Of a stretch of DNA of 45,097 nucleotides, positions 16,942-26,898 are shown in pieces (the first letter of the stretch is position 1; each line of letters opens with the position of its first letter). The notes beneath the pieces were generated by a model. The model was not told the DNA's origin. It saw nothing but the letters and a program-made list of their open reading frames with translations, and searched no databases. The stretch comes from an uncultured Eubacteriales bacterium (lineage in GTDB: Bacteria; Bacillota; Clostridia; Oscillospirales; Oscillospiraceae), in contig USDP01000001.1 in NCBI GenBank assembly GCA_900553545.1, positions 1-45,097 on the forward strand, in the 5' to 3' direction. The translations under genes and the position numbers were made by a program.

Positions 16942-18840
16942 ATGAAACACTATATCCATGAGATTCCCGGCCATCAAATTCCCGCTCCCACACGCCTGCA
17001 TTTCGACGTGGTCGTCATCGGCGGCGGCATGAGCGGACTCTGCGCCGCCATGGCCTCCGCGCGCCAGGGCGCAAAGACCGCCATCGTGCAGGATCGCAGT
17101 GTGTTCGGCGGCAATGCCAGCTCCGAGATGCGGATGCACATCTCCGGCGCCTCCTGCCACTGGGGCAAAAAGGACGCCGCCGAGACGGGCATCCTGATGG
17201 AGCTTCAGCTCGAAAACAAATACCTGAACGACAGCTATAACTATTCCATCTGGGACGGCGTCCTCTGGAACGCCGCCAAGCAGACCGAAAACCTCACCCT
17301 CTATATGAACACCAGCATGACCGCCGTCCATTCCGACGGCGCGCACATCTCCTCCGTCGAATGTTATCAGATGACGACCGAGCTGCGCCTTGAGCTGACC
17401 GCCGGCGTCTTTGTCGACGCCACGGGCAACGGCACGCTGGGCTACGAGGCCGGTGCGGAATATAAGATCGGCCGCGAGGGCCGCGACGAATATCAGGAGC
17501 AGTACGCGCCCGCCGTCCCCGACGGCAAGACCATGGGCAACACGATTTACTTCGTGGCCGAGGACCGCGGCCATCCCGTCAAATTCGTCAAGCCCGACTG
17601 GGCCTATTCCTTCGACGAATCCGACTTCAAGCACCGCTATCACGGCGATATCGTGGTCTATCATAATGCCGATGATGTCGTCGTCCTCAAGCCGGATGAG
17701 GATTATGAGAGCCATTCCGACGAGCTGGTGGAAAAATACGACGTCAAGAGCGGCTATTGGTGGATCGAGCTGGGCGGCGACTGGGACGATATCATCAAGC
17801 AGTCCGAGGATATCCGCTGGGAGCTGTACCGCACGGTCTACGGCGTCTGGGATCACATCAAAAACGGCGGCGACCACGGCGCAGAAAACTATGAGCTGGT
17901 CTGGGTCGGCAATCTCGGCGGCATGCGCGAGAGCCGCCGCCTGATGGGCGACTACGTCCTGAAAGAGCAGGATATCCTGTCCAACCGCATCTTTGAAGAC
18001 GCCGTGGCCTACGGCGGCTGGCCCATGGACGAGCATACCGCCGCCGGCTTCCGCGCCAAGGGCGAGATCCCGTCCGTCGTCCGTTCCTTCAAAGGACTCT
18101 ATTCCATCCCCTACGGCTGCTATTGCTCGCGTACCATCGATAATCTCATGATGGCCGGCCGCGATATCTCCGCCTCCAAGCTGGCCATGGGTTCCACCCG
18201 CGTCATGGGCACCTGCGCCGTCGGCGGCGAGGCCGTCGGCGTGGCCGCGGCAAATGCCGCGCTGCTGGGCCTCACGCCCGCGCAGTATGGCCGCGCGCAT
18301 ATGCACGAGCTTCAGCAGAAGCTCCTCGCCTGCGACCTGTATGTCATGGGCCAGAAAAACGAGGATCCGAACGACCTCGCCCTCCGCGCCTCCGTCTCTG
18401 CCGGCAGCGAACAGCCGGGCTTCGAGGCGAAAAACGTCATCTCCGGCGTCACCCGCCGCGAGGGCGAGCAGAGCAACCTCTGGCGCTCCGCCGCACTGGG
18501 CGAGGGCGGCGAGACGCTCACGCTCACCCTGGCTGAACCGGCCCCTGTCCACGAAGTCCGTCTCGTCTTCGACCCCGACCTCAGCGAAGAGCGCTGCATC
18601 TCCGTCTCCAAGGCGTTCATCATGAAAGAGCCGCGCGGCGTCGCGCAGACGCTCGTCCGCGACTACCGCGTGGAGCTGCTCCGCGCGGGCGAGACGGTCG
18701 CTGCGCAGACCGTCACGGCCAACCACCAGCGCCGCAATGCCGTCTCCTTCGACGGCACCCTCTGCGACAGCGTCCGCGTCCATGTCCTTGCCACCAATGG
18801 CTGCGAAGAAGCACGGATCTATGAAATCCGAGTTTATTAA
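16942..18840 (+). CDS. FAD-dependent oxidoreductase (PF12831-like) with a C-terminal discoidin/F5-8-like domain
   Basis: DVVVIGGGMSG, GGNASSE, DATGNG, RESRRLMGDY, AGRDISA, RVMGTC; ends ARIYEIRVY. Confidence 0.88.
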   Translation: MKHYIHEIPGHQIPAPTRLHFDVVVIGGGMSGLCAAMASARQGAKTAIVQDRSVFGGNASSEMRMHISGASCHWGKKDAAETGILMELQLENKYLNDSYNYSIWDGVLWNAAKQTENLTLYMNTSMTAVHSDGAHISSVECYQMTTELRLELTAGVFVDATGNGTLGYEAGAEYKIGREGRDEYQEQYAPAVPDGKTMGNTIYFVAEDRGHPVKFVKPDWAYSFDESDFKHRYHGDIVVYHNADDVVVLKPDEDYESHSDELVEKYDVKSGYWWIELGGDWDDIIKQSEDIRWELYRTVYGVWDHIKNGGDHGAENYELVWVGNLGGMRESRRLMGDYVLKEQDILSNRIFEDAVAYGGWPMDEHTAAGFRAKGEIPSVVRSFKGLYSIPYGCYCSRTIDNLMMAGRDISASKLAMGSTRVMGTCAVGGEAVGVAAANAALLGLTPAQYGRAHMHELQQKLLACDLYVMGQKNEDPNDLALRASVSAGSEQPGFEAKNVISGVTRREGEQSNLWRSAALGEGGETLTLTLAEPAPVHEVRLVFDPDLSEERCISVSKAFIMKEPRGVAQTLVRDYRVELLRAGETVAAQTVTANHQRRNAVSFDGTLCDSVRVHVLATNGCEEARIYEIRVY

Positions 18841-18882
18841 CCCAATCCAACCGAATGTTTCAGCGGAAAAGGAGCGACTGTA

Positions 18883-19908
18883 ATGCTGCAAGAAGTTATG
18901 ACATCCCCTGGTGTAATTGAATTCCGCGACGTGCCCATCCCCGAGATCCGCGACGATCAGGTTCTGGTCAAAATGATGCGCCTTGGCATCTGCGGCTCGG
19001 ATATCCACGTCTACCACGGCAAACACCCGTATACCAAATACCCCGTGACCCAGGGCCACGAAGTCTCCGGCCAGATCGTCCAGGTCGGCAGCGCGGTCAA
19101 GGGCCTTGAAGTCGGCCAGAAGGTCGTGCTAGAGCCGCAGGTCACCTGCGGGAAGTGCTATCCCTGCACGCACGGCAAATATAACCTCTGCACCGAGCTG
19201 AAGGTCATGGGTTTCCAGACCACCGGCGCGGCCAGCGAGTATTTCGCGGTCGATGCCTCGAAGGTCGACGTCATTCCCGATTCCATGACCTACGACGAAG
19301 CCGCGCTCATCGAGCCGCTGGCCGTCACCGTCCACGCCGCCAAGCGCTTCCCGGACATCAACGGGGCGAACGTCTCCATCATCGGCTGCGGTCCGATCGG
19401 CATCCTGCTCATGCAGTCCTGCAAGGCGCTCGGCGCGGCGAAGGTGCTCATCACCGACATCTCGGACTACCGGCTGGAGCTGGCAAAGTCCCTCGGCGCG
19501 GACTACGCGATCAATACCGCCAAAGTCCCCTATGCAGACGCCATCGCAGAGGTTTTCGGCCCGGATAAGGCCGACGTCACCTACGAATGTGCCGGCAATA
19601 ACGCCACCACGGACATGGCCATCCAGAACAGCCGCAAAGGCTCCGTGATCGTCCTCGTCGCCGTCTTTGCCGACTGGGCAAAGGTCGACCTGGCCCGCCT
19701 CAATGACTCCGAACTCACGCTCGATACCTCCATGATGTACCGGCACGAGGATTATGTGGACGCGCTCCGCTTCGTCGCCGAGGGCAAGATCCAGCTCAAG
19801 CCCCTCATCAGCAAGCATTTCGCCTTCCGCGATTTCCTGTCCGCCTATCAGTATATCGACGCCAACCGCGAACGCACCATGAAGGTGGTCGTCGACATTC
19901 AGGACTGA
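18883..19908 (+). CDS. Zn-dependent polyol (sorbitol/iditol-type) dehydrogenase
   Basis: GICGSD, GHE, CGKCYPC..C, GCGPIG. Confidence 0.9.
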   Translation: MLQEVMTSPGVIEFRDVPIPEIRDDQVLVKMMRLGICGSDIHVYHGKHPYTKYPVTQGHEVSGQIVQVGSAVKGLEVGQKVVLEPQVTCGKCYPCTHGKYNLCTELKVMGFQTTGAASEYFAVDASKVDVIPDSMTYDEAALIEPLAVTVHAAKRFPDINGANVSIIGCGPIGILLMQSCKALGAAKVLITDISDYRLELAKSLGADYAINTAKVPYADAIAEVFGPDKADVTYECAGNNATTDMAIQNSRKGSVIVLVAVFADWAKVDLARLNDSELTLDTSMMYRHEDYVDALRFVAEGKIQLKPLISKHFAFRDFLSAYQYIDANRERTMKVVVDIQD

Positions 19909-19932
19909 ACCTCCTGAGAAAGGGCAACAGCT

Positions 19933-21780
19933 ATGGCTATTCATGAACAGACAGCCTCCTTCGACGTGGTCGTCGTGGGCGGCGGCTTTTCCGGCGTCTG
20001 CGCCGCGATCGCTGCGGCGCGTGAGGGCGCGAAGGTCGCCCTTGTGCAGAACCGCCCCGTATTCGGCGGCTCCGGCAGCTCCGAGACGCGGATGCACATT
20101 GTTGGCGCCAACTGCCATTCCTCCAAGCCGAACCTCCGCGAGACGGGCATCCTTGAGGAGATCCTGCTCGAAAACAAGCGCCGCAACCCCTATGCGGACT
20201 TCCCGGTCTTCGATACCATCGTCTGGGAAAAGGTGCGGATGGAGCCGAACATCACCATCCTCCTGAATACCAACATCGACGACGTCGTCCTGGACGGTGA
20301 CCGCATCCTCGCCGTCACCGGCTGCCAGAATACCACCGAGACGCGCTGGACGGTCTACGGCAAGATCTTCATCGACGCCACCGGCCACGGCACGGTCGGC
20401 GTGATGGCCGGGGCGGAGAGCCGTATCGGCTCTGAATCGAAGCACGAGTTCAACGAACCCACGGCCCCCGAAGAGGCCAACAACAATAAGATGGGCAATA
20501 CCATCATGTTCACCGCAATCGACCGCGGCGAGCCCGTGACCTTTATCAAGCCCGTCTGGGCCAATACCTATTCGGAAGAGGACCTGAAATACCGCCCGCA
20601 TGTCGACCGCGTCTGCGCCCAGGCAGACGGCGGCGGACTCGTCTCCGTCGACGCGGCGAAGAACCAGCTGCCCGAGTTTTCGAATGTCGACGCCGGCTAC
20701 TGGTGGATCGAGCTGGGCGGCGACGCCGAGGATATCATTCAGGAGAGCGAGCAGATCCACGAGGATCTTCTCAAGGTGCTCTACGGCGTCTGGGATCATA
20801 TTAAAAATCAGGCCGACCACGGCGCGCAGAACCTCGACCTCAACTGGGTGAGCACCGTGCCCGGCTGCCGCGAGAGCCGCCGCCTCGTCGGTGATTACCT
20901 CCTCAATGAAAACGACGTCCGCGCCAACCGCGTCTTTGACGATGCCGTGGCCTACGGCGGCTGGCCGATGGATGTCCATGTGCCGGGCGGCGCGAAGGAT
21001 CTGGCAAGCGTTGGCTCCCTCGTCTATAACTTCGAGGGCCATTATTCCATCCCATACCGCTGCTATTACAGCCATAACGTCAAAAACCTCATGCTGGCGG
21101 GCCGCGATATCAGCACCACCAAAATGGCCTTCTCGTCCACCCGCGTCATGGGTACCTGCGCCGTCGGCGGTCAGGCCGCGGGCACGGCTGCCGCGCTGGC
21201 CGTCCGCTACGGGTGCGACCCGCGCGAGGTAGGGGAGAAGCACATCCGTGAGCTGCAGCAGACGCTGCTGAAAAACGACTGCTATATCCCCGGCCATCCG
21301 AACACCGACGAAGCCGACCTTGCGCGCCGCGCGGCGGTCACGGCCTCCAGCGAAACGCCGGGCGGCGAAGCGGCCAATGTCATCAACGGCTATGCCCGCG
21401 GCGTGGGCGAGGCGTCCAACTGCTGGATCTCCGCACCGCTGAGCACGCCACAGACCCTTACGCTCACGCTGGCAGAGCCTGCCTCCGTCTGCGAGGTGCG
21501 CCTCACCTTTGATACCGATCTCAGCCATGAGATCCAGCCCTCGCTGATCGAAAACGTCCGCAAGCGTCAGGTCAGGGGCCTGCCGCACGAACTGGTGCGC
21601 GATTACGACGTCGAGCTGCTGCAAGGCGGCCAGACTGTTGCCCGCCGGGAGATCCGGGACAATGGCCAGCGCCTGAACTGCCTCGCGTTTGAGCATGTGG
21701 ACTGCGATGCCGTGCGCGTCACCGTCCGTGCCGCGCACGGCAGCCCGGAGGCCCGCATCTTCGAGCTTCGCGTCTATTGA
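19933..21780 (+). CDS. FAD-dependent oxidoreductase (PF12831-like), paralog of 16942-18840
   Basis: Same motif set, including GYWWIELGGD and AVAYGGWPMD; ends ARIFELRVY. Confidence 0.88.
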   Translation: MAIHEQTASFDVVVVGGGFSGVCAAIAAAREGAKVALVQNRPVFGGSGSSETRMHIVGANCHSSKPNLRETGILEEILLENKRRNPYADFPVFDTIVWEKVRMEPNITILLNTNIDDVVLDGDRILAVTGCQNTTETRWTVYGKIFIDATGHGTVGVMAGAESRIGSESKHEFNEPTAPEEANNNKMGNTIMFTAIDRGEPVTFIKPVWANTYSEEDLKYRPHVDRVCAQADGGGLVSVDAAKNQLPEFSNVDAGYWWIELGGDAEDIIQESEQIHEDLLKVLYGVWDHIKNQADHGAQNLDLNWVSTVPGCRESRRLVGDYLLNENDVRANRVFDDAVAYGGWPMDVHVPGGAKDLASVGSLVYNFEGHYSIPYRCYYSHNVKNLMLAGRDISTTKMAFSSTRVMGTCAVGGQAAGTAAALAVRYGCDPREVGEKHIRELQQTLLKNDCYIPGHPNTDEADLARRAAVTASSETPGGEAANVINGYARGVGEASNCWISAPLSTPQTLTLTLAEPASVCEVRLTFDTDLSHEIQPSLIENVRKRQVRGLPHELVRDYDVELLQGGQTVARREIRDNGQRLNCLAFEHVDCDAVRVTVRAAHGSPEARIFELRVY

Positions 21781-21789
21781 GGAACTGCC

Positions 21790-22668
21790 ATGCAATACGG
21801 GATCTATTACGCGTACTGGGAAACCGAATGGGGCGGCAATTTCGTCCCCTATGTTGAAAAATGTGCTCGCCTCGGCTTTGACGTGCTGGAGGTCGCCTGC
21901 GGCGCGTTCGACCGCGAGAACGATGCGTTCTTCCACGAGCTGGCTGCCGCAGCCAGAGCCAACGGCATGGCCCTCACCGGCGGCTACGGACCCCGGAAGG
22001 AGCACGATCTGGCCACGGCGGATAACGCGCAGGCCGAGCAGACCTTCCACTTCTACGCCGATATGTTCCGCAAGATGGAGCTTGCCGGGATCGACCGCCT
22101 CGGCGGCGCGCTCTATTCCTATTGGCCCGCGCACGGTACGCCGCAGACCGATAAGGCCGCCGACACGGCGCGGAGCGTCCGGCGCATGCAGCGCCTGGCC
22201 GATCTGGCGTCCGACCACGGGATCACGCTCGGCATGGAGGCGCTCAACCGCTTCGAGGGCTATCTCATCAATACCGCGCAGGAGTGCATCGACTATGTCC
22301 GCGCGGTCGACCGGCCCAACGTCAAGGTCATGCTGGACACGTTCCATATGAACATTGAAGAGGACTCGCTCACCGACGCCATCCGCCGCAGCGGCAAGCT
22401 GCTCGGCCATTTCCACGTCGGCGAGGCGAACCGCCGCTGCCCCGGCCCGAATGGCCGCTTCGACTGGCACGCCATCGGACAAGCGCTGCATGACATCGGC
22501 TACACGGGCGACGTCGTCATGGAGCCGTTCGTCCGCATGGGCGGGCAGGTCAGCCAGGACGTCGCGCTCTGGCGCGATCTGTCCGGCGGCGCGGACGAAG
22601 AAAAACTGGATCAGGACGCCGCAGCCTCCCTTCGCTGGCTGCGCGGCGTGATGGAGGGAAATAACTGA
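21790..22668 (+). CDS. D-psicose/D-tagatose 3-epimerase family ketose epimerase
   Basis: GIYYAYWETEW, GGALYSYWP, EALNRFE, LDTFHMNIEE, HVGEANR, VMEPF. Confidence 0.9.
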   Translation: MQYGIYYAYWETEWGGNFVPYVEKCARLGFDVLEVACGAFDRENDAFFHELAAAARANGMALTGGYGPRKEHDLATADNAQAEQTFHFYADMFRKMELAGIDRLGGALYSYWPAHGTPQTDKAADTARSVRRMQRLADLASDHGITLGMEALNRFEGYLINTAQECIDYVRAVDRPNVKVMLDTFHMNIEEDSLTDAIRRSGKLLGHFHVGEANRRCPGPNGRFDWHAIGQALHDIGYTGDVVMEPFVRMGGQVSQDVALWRDLSGGADEEKLDQDAAASLRWLRGVMEGNN

Positions 22669-23699
22669 TGCGAGGAACGTATTTTCTTGGAAACGGTGCA
22701 TTTGAAACGCGGGACATGCCGGAGCATCCGCTCGCCCCGCGCGAAGTCCTGATTCAGGTCGCCGCCTGCGGCGTCTGCGGGACGGACGTCCATATCTACC
22801 ACGGGGACAAAGGCTCCGCGGAGGTGATTCCGCCGGTCGTGCTCGGCCACGAACTCTCCGGCACGGTCGCCGCCGTCGGCGCGGCGGTCAAAACGCTGCA
22901 TGTCGGCGACCATGTCGCCGTCGACCCCAATTGCTACTGCGGCGAGTGCCATTACTGCCGCCGCGGCAAAAAGCAGCTCTGCACGAACCTCCACGCCATC
23001 GGCGTGAATGAAAACGGCGGCTTTGCCGATTTCTGCTATGCGCCCGAGGCGCAGTGCTTCCTGCTCGATCCGGAGCTTCCGCTGGAGTACGGCGCCATGG
23101 CCGAGCCGCTGGCCTGCTGCCTCCACGGCATCGACCGCGCGCAGATCCGCACCGGCGACACGGTGCTCGTCATCGGCGGCGGTGCAATCGGATTGCTGAT
23201 GGTGCAGCTGGCGAAGCTGTCCGGCGCGTCGCAGGTGCTGCTGAGCGAGCCGGTGCAAACCCGCCGGGAGATCGGCTTGCAGCTGGGCGCGAACGCCGCG
23301 ATTGACCCGATCCACGAGGATCTGACCGCGCGCATCCGCGCGCTGACCGGTATGGACGGCGTGGACGTCGTCATCGAGTGCGTCGGCAACACCATCGCCA
23401 CCGCGCAGGCCTTCTCCGCCACCAAGCGCGGCACGACCGTCCTGCTCTTCAGCGTCCCGAAATCCGGCACGACGCATCCGCTCAGCCTCGAGGATGTCTA
23501 CCAGAAGGAGCTGACAATCGTCGGCTCGATCATCAATCCGGACACGCACCAGCGCGCCGTCGACCTGATCAACAGCGGCCGCATCCAGCTTGCCCCCATC
23601 CTCACGCACCGTTTCCCGATCGAGCGCCTCAAGGATGCCATCTTGATGCAGATGTCCTCGGAATCTCTCAAAGTCCTCGTCGGCAGTAATTACGACTGA
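22668..23699 (+). CDS. Zn-dependent polyol dehydrogenase (mannitol/arabitol-DH-like)
   Basis: GVCGTD, GHE, CGECHYC..C, GGGAIG. Confidence 0.9.
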   Translation: MRGTYFLGNGAFETRDMPEHPLAPREVLIQVAACGVCGTDVHIYHGDKGSAEVIPPVVLGHELSGTVAAVGAAVKTLHVGDHVAVDPNCYCGECHYCRRGKKQLCTNLHAIGVNENGGFADFCYAPEAQCFLLDPELPLEYGAMAEPLACCLHGIDRAQIRTGDTVLVIGGGAIGLLMVQLAKLSGASQVLLSEPVQTRREIGLQLGANAAIDPIHEDLTARIRALTGMDGVDVVIECVGNTIATAQAFSATKRGTTVLLFSVPKSGTTHPLSLEDVYQKELTIVGSIINPDTHQRAVDLINSGRIQLAPILTHRFPIERLKDAILMQMSSESLKVLVGSNYD

Positions 23700-23709
23700 T
23701 ACCTATTTT

Positions 23710-23741
23710 CAAAGGGCGGGTATTGCCATACCCGCCCTTTG
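23710..23741 (+). terminator. Intrinsic terminator
   Basis: CAAAGGGCGGGTAT / ATACCCGCCCTTTG; followed directly by TGTTATAAT (extended -10). Confidence 0.75.
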
Positions 23742-23851
23742 TGTTATAATGAGGCAGTATCATACAAATCTATTCGCCGAATTGTGTGGTGCTGCCCGAA
23801 CAAAAAATAGATTTGCGGGTATGTGCCCGCTTTGTCTGTACGGAGTCTTTT

Positions 23852-24448
23852 ATGAAAACCTTCTCTCAAATCATCCGGAATTACTGGGTCGATCTCGTCC
23901 TGCTGAATCTGGCCTTTCTGCTCGGCTGCATCCCGGTCGTGACGATTCCGGCCTCGCTCTCCGCGCTCAGCCGCGCCCTGCTCCGCATGCAGCGGGAAGA
24001 GAATGTCCATATCTTTCGCGACTTTTTCCGCGACATCAAGATCGGCTTCCGCCGTTCGCTGCTCCCCGGCTGCATCCTGCTGGCCGGGCTTGCGCTCAGC
24101 TATTTCGGCGGACACGGTTGCGCACAGGCGGACTCCGGCCGCGTGCCGCTGCTGGTTTTCCTGCTGCTCTGGATCTATGCGGTCTTTTCCTTCAGCATGT
24201 ATGCCATCCCACTTGCCGCACAGCTCGATCTGCCGCTGCGCGCCGTCTTCCGCAACGCGCTCATCCTGCTCCTCGCCCGCAGCGGCCAGAATGTCGCCGC
24301 GCTGCTCGTTGTCGCCGCATGTACGCTCCTCCTCGTGCTGACCGCGCCCTTCCTCCTGCCGCTGGTGCTGTTTGCGCATTTCTCCTTCTGCGCACTTGTC
24401 TGCCTCTGCTTTGCAGAGGGCGGCCTTCGCCGCTGCATCGCCGAGTGA
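23852..24448 (+). CDS. DUF624 (YesL-like) membrane protein
   Basis: LNLAFLLGCIPVVTIPAS..AL, FFRD.K..F, several TM helices. Confidence 0.85.
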   Translation: MKTFSQIIRNYWVDLVLLNLAFLLGCIPVVTIPASLSALSRALLRMQREENVHIFRDFFRDIKIGFRRSLLPGCILLAGLALSYFGGHGCAQADSGRVPLLVFLLLWIYAVFSFSMYAIPLAAQLDLPLRAVFRNALILLLARSGQNVAALLVVAACTLLLVLTAPFLLPLVLFAHFSFCALVCLCFAEGGLRRCIAE

Positions 24449-24528
24449 TGCGTTTTCGGTGTTGCGCCGCCGCCGGAATTGTGCTAAAATAGTCCGGGTA
24501 TATCTGGAAATGGGAGTGAGTGTGCGCC

Positions 24529-25764
24529 GTGGGAAAGATCGGAAAAAACAGCTTGGATATTCAGGAGAGCAACCGCCTCTCCATCCTCCGCATCCTGGCC
24601 GGAGAGGACGTGCTGACGCGGGCAGAGCTTTCCCGCAGGACGGGTCTGAAGCAGGCCACCATCACCAACATCATCAACGACTTTCTCGCCTCCGGCGTCG
24701 TCTCCGAGACGGGTGCGCTGAAGGGCAATCTGGGCCGCCGCTCCATCGGCATCCGGATTAATGCGGAGAAGTTCAATGTCGTCGCCATCAAAATCGCCCG
24801 CCGCTCTTACAGCGTCGGCATCTTCAACATCAAAAATCAGCTTTTGGAGAAGGAATATCAGAAGCTCGATCCCGCCGCCGGGGCCTCCGCCGTGCTGGAG
24901 CGCATCGTGTCCGATGCCAGAAGCCTCATGCAGAAATACGGCAGCTGCTGCGCCGTCGGCGTGGCGGTGCCAGGACCCTATCTCCGGCGCGAGGGCCGCA
25001 TCGCCGTCATGACCGAGTTTGCCGGCTGGGAGAAGATCGACATCTGCAAGCAGCTCGGCGCTGCGTTCGAGCAGCCCGTCTTTGTCGAGCACGATGCAAA
25101 CGCCGGTGCGCTCGGCGAATGGAGCCGCAGCGCCAACATCGGCCGGGACGACGTGCTCGTCCACCTGCTCGCCAGTGAGGGCATTGGCGCGGGCGTTGTC
25201 ATCGGCGGCAAGATCATCAGCGGCTACCGCGGCATCTTCGGCGAGATCGGCCATATGTCCATCAACGCCATGGGCCCGCGCTGCCTCTGCGGCAACCGCG
25301 GCTGCCTGGAGATGTACTGCTCCGCGCTCGCGCTTGTCCGCGACGTGCAGGCCGGTCTGCCGGAGCATCCCGAGAGCAGCCTGACCTCCGAACAGAAGAT
25401 CACCGCCGAGGTCATCTTCCGTCATATGAACGCGGGCGATGCCTACTCGCGTTCCGCCGTCCTGCGTACCGGGCACAGCCTCGGCTGCGGCGTTGCGAAC
25501 CTTGTGAACATCTACGATCCCAAGGAGATCGTCATCTCCGACGTCATGTCCGGCGGCGGAGAGGTCATGCTGCAAGCCATCCGCGAGGCCGCAAAAGAGC
25601 GCCTCCTGCCAGAGGTCTGGCGCGATCTCACCATCCGCTATTCCGCCGTTCCGGAGGATCTCATCCTCTACGGCGCGGCCTCCGTCGCCATCGATAAAAT
25701 CCTCGAAAAGACCGATGCCTTCTCCCCCTCCGGGGCGGACGCGCCCGAATCCAAACCGCTCTGA
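24529..25764 (+). CDS. ROK-family transcriptional repressor (start 24520 or 24529)
   Basis: HTH TRAELSRRTGL, GRR, EHDANAGALGE, GEIGH, CLCGNRGCLE. Confidence 0.92.
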   Translation: MGKIGKNSLDIQESNRLSILRILAGEDVLTRAELSRRTGLKQATITNIINDFLASGVVSETGALKGNLGRRSIGIRINAEKFNVVAIKIARRSYSVGIFNIKNQLLEKEYQKLDPAAGASAVLERIVSDARSLMQKYGSCCAVGVAVPGPYLRREGRIAVMTEFAGWEKIDICKQLGAAFEQPVFVEHDANAGALGEWSRSANIGRDDVLVHLLASEGIGAGVVIGGKIISGYRGIFGEIGHMSINAMGPRCLCGNRGCLEMYCSALALVRDVQAGLPEHPESSLTSEQKITAEVIFRHMNAGDAYSRSAVLRTGHSLGCGVANLVNIYDPKEIVISDVMSGGGEVMLQAIREAAKERLLPEVWRDLTIRYSAVPEDLILYGAASVAIDKILEKTDAFSPSGADAPESKPL

Positions 25765-25776
25765 GTATTGAAATAC

Positions 25777-25810
25777 AAGTGCCCGCTCCATTGGAGCGGG
25801 CACTTTCTTT
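25777..25810 (+). terminator. Intrinsic terminator
   Basis: AAGTGCCCGCTCCA-T-TGGAGCGGGCACTT plus T tract. Confidence 0.8.
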
Positions 25811-25847
25811 TACGTCGATTTTACAAAGAAACGCTTTTGCATTTTAC
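25808..25847 (+). promoter_or_regulatory. Putative Pho box
   Basis: TTTTAC at 25808 and 25819 (11-bp period) and at 25842, upstream of pstS. Confidence 0.5.
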
Positions 25848-25915
25848 GCGCGGGCAGTATCCTTTGAACCGTAGACAGGAAGTCAAGAACATAAAAATCA
25901 AAGGAGAAATTCCAA

Positions 25916-26839
25916 ATGAAAAAGATCATTGCACTGCTGCTTGCGCTGACGTGCGCGCTGGCTCTGTTCGCCGGCTGCGCAGCAAAGACCACTTCGAACG
26001 ATACCGCTGCGGATACCTCCGCGGCAGACACCGCCGCAAAGGACGACAGCGCCAGCACCGAAAAGGAAGACAAGCAGGATGATGCCGCGTCGACCAAGAA
26101 GGAACTGAGCGGCACGGTTGCGACCGACGGCTCCACCTCGATGGAGAAGGTCATCGGCGCCCTGGGCGAATCCTTCATGGCGGAAAACCCCAACGTGACG
26201 TTCACCTATAACCCGACCGGCTCCGGCTCCGGCATCCAGGCTGTGAGCGAAGGCCGCTGCGACATTGGACTCTCCAGCCGCGCCCTGAAGGATGAGGAAA
26301 AGGCTTCCGGCCTGAAGGAAACCACCCTGGCCCTCGACGGCATCGCCATCATTGTGAACCCGGAAAATCCCGTCTCTGACCTCGACGTCGAGACCATCGC
26401 GAAGATCTACACCGGCGAGATCACCAACTGGAAGGACGTCGGCGGCAACGACGCTGAGATCGTTCTGATCGGCCGTGAGGCTGGCTCCGGCACCCGTGAC
26501 GGCTTTGAGTCCATCACCGGCACCAAGGACGCCTGCCAGTACCGGCAGGAGCTGACCTCCACCGGCGACGTGATCGCCACGGTCGCGCAGAACCCGGACG
26601 CCATCGGCTATGCCTCCCTCTCCGCAGTCAAGGACACCGTCAAGGCTCTGACTGTCGGCGGCGTGGCCCCGAGCGAAGACACCGTCAAGGACGGCAGCTA
26701 TGTCGTGCAGAGACCGTTCGTCCTCGTCACGAAGGACGGCGAGGCCCTCAGCGAAGCGGCCCAGGCGTTCTATGACTACGCACTTGATCCCGCCCAGGCG
26801 GAGCTGATCGGCAAGGCCGGTGCTGTGGCGGTCAACTAA
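25916..26839 (+). CDS. pstS: Phosphate ABC transporter substrate-binding lipoprotein
   Basis: Lipobox FAGC, DGSTSM, GSGSG, GREAGSGTR. Confidence 0.95.
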   Translation: MKKIIALLLALTCALALFAGCAAKTTSNDTAADTSAADTAAKDDSASTEKEDKQDDAASTKKELSGTVATDGSTSMEKVIGALGESFMAENPNVTFTYNPTGSGSGIQAVSEGRCDIGLSSRALKDEEKASGLKETTLALDGIAIIVNPENPVSDLDVETIAKIYTGEITNWKDVGGNDAEIVLIGREAGSGTRDGFESITGTKDACQYRQELTSTGDVIATVAQNPDAIGYASLSAVKDTVKALTVGGVAPSEDTVKDGSYVVQRPFVLVTKDGEALSEAAQAFYDYALDPAQAELIGKAGAVAVN

Positions 26840-26898
26840 AGGCAAATCAAAAAGGCGGCAGGATAGCCGCCTTTTTGGCCGTATGTGAGGAAATTGCG

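Noticed and set aside
19129..22701. 1190-aa minus-strand ORF (also 16855-19059 and 13505-15010)
   Set aside because: Antisense shadows of well-supported plus-strand genes in GC-rich DNA; no recognisable motifs
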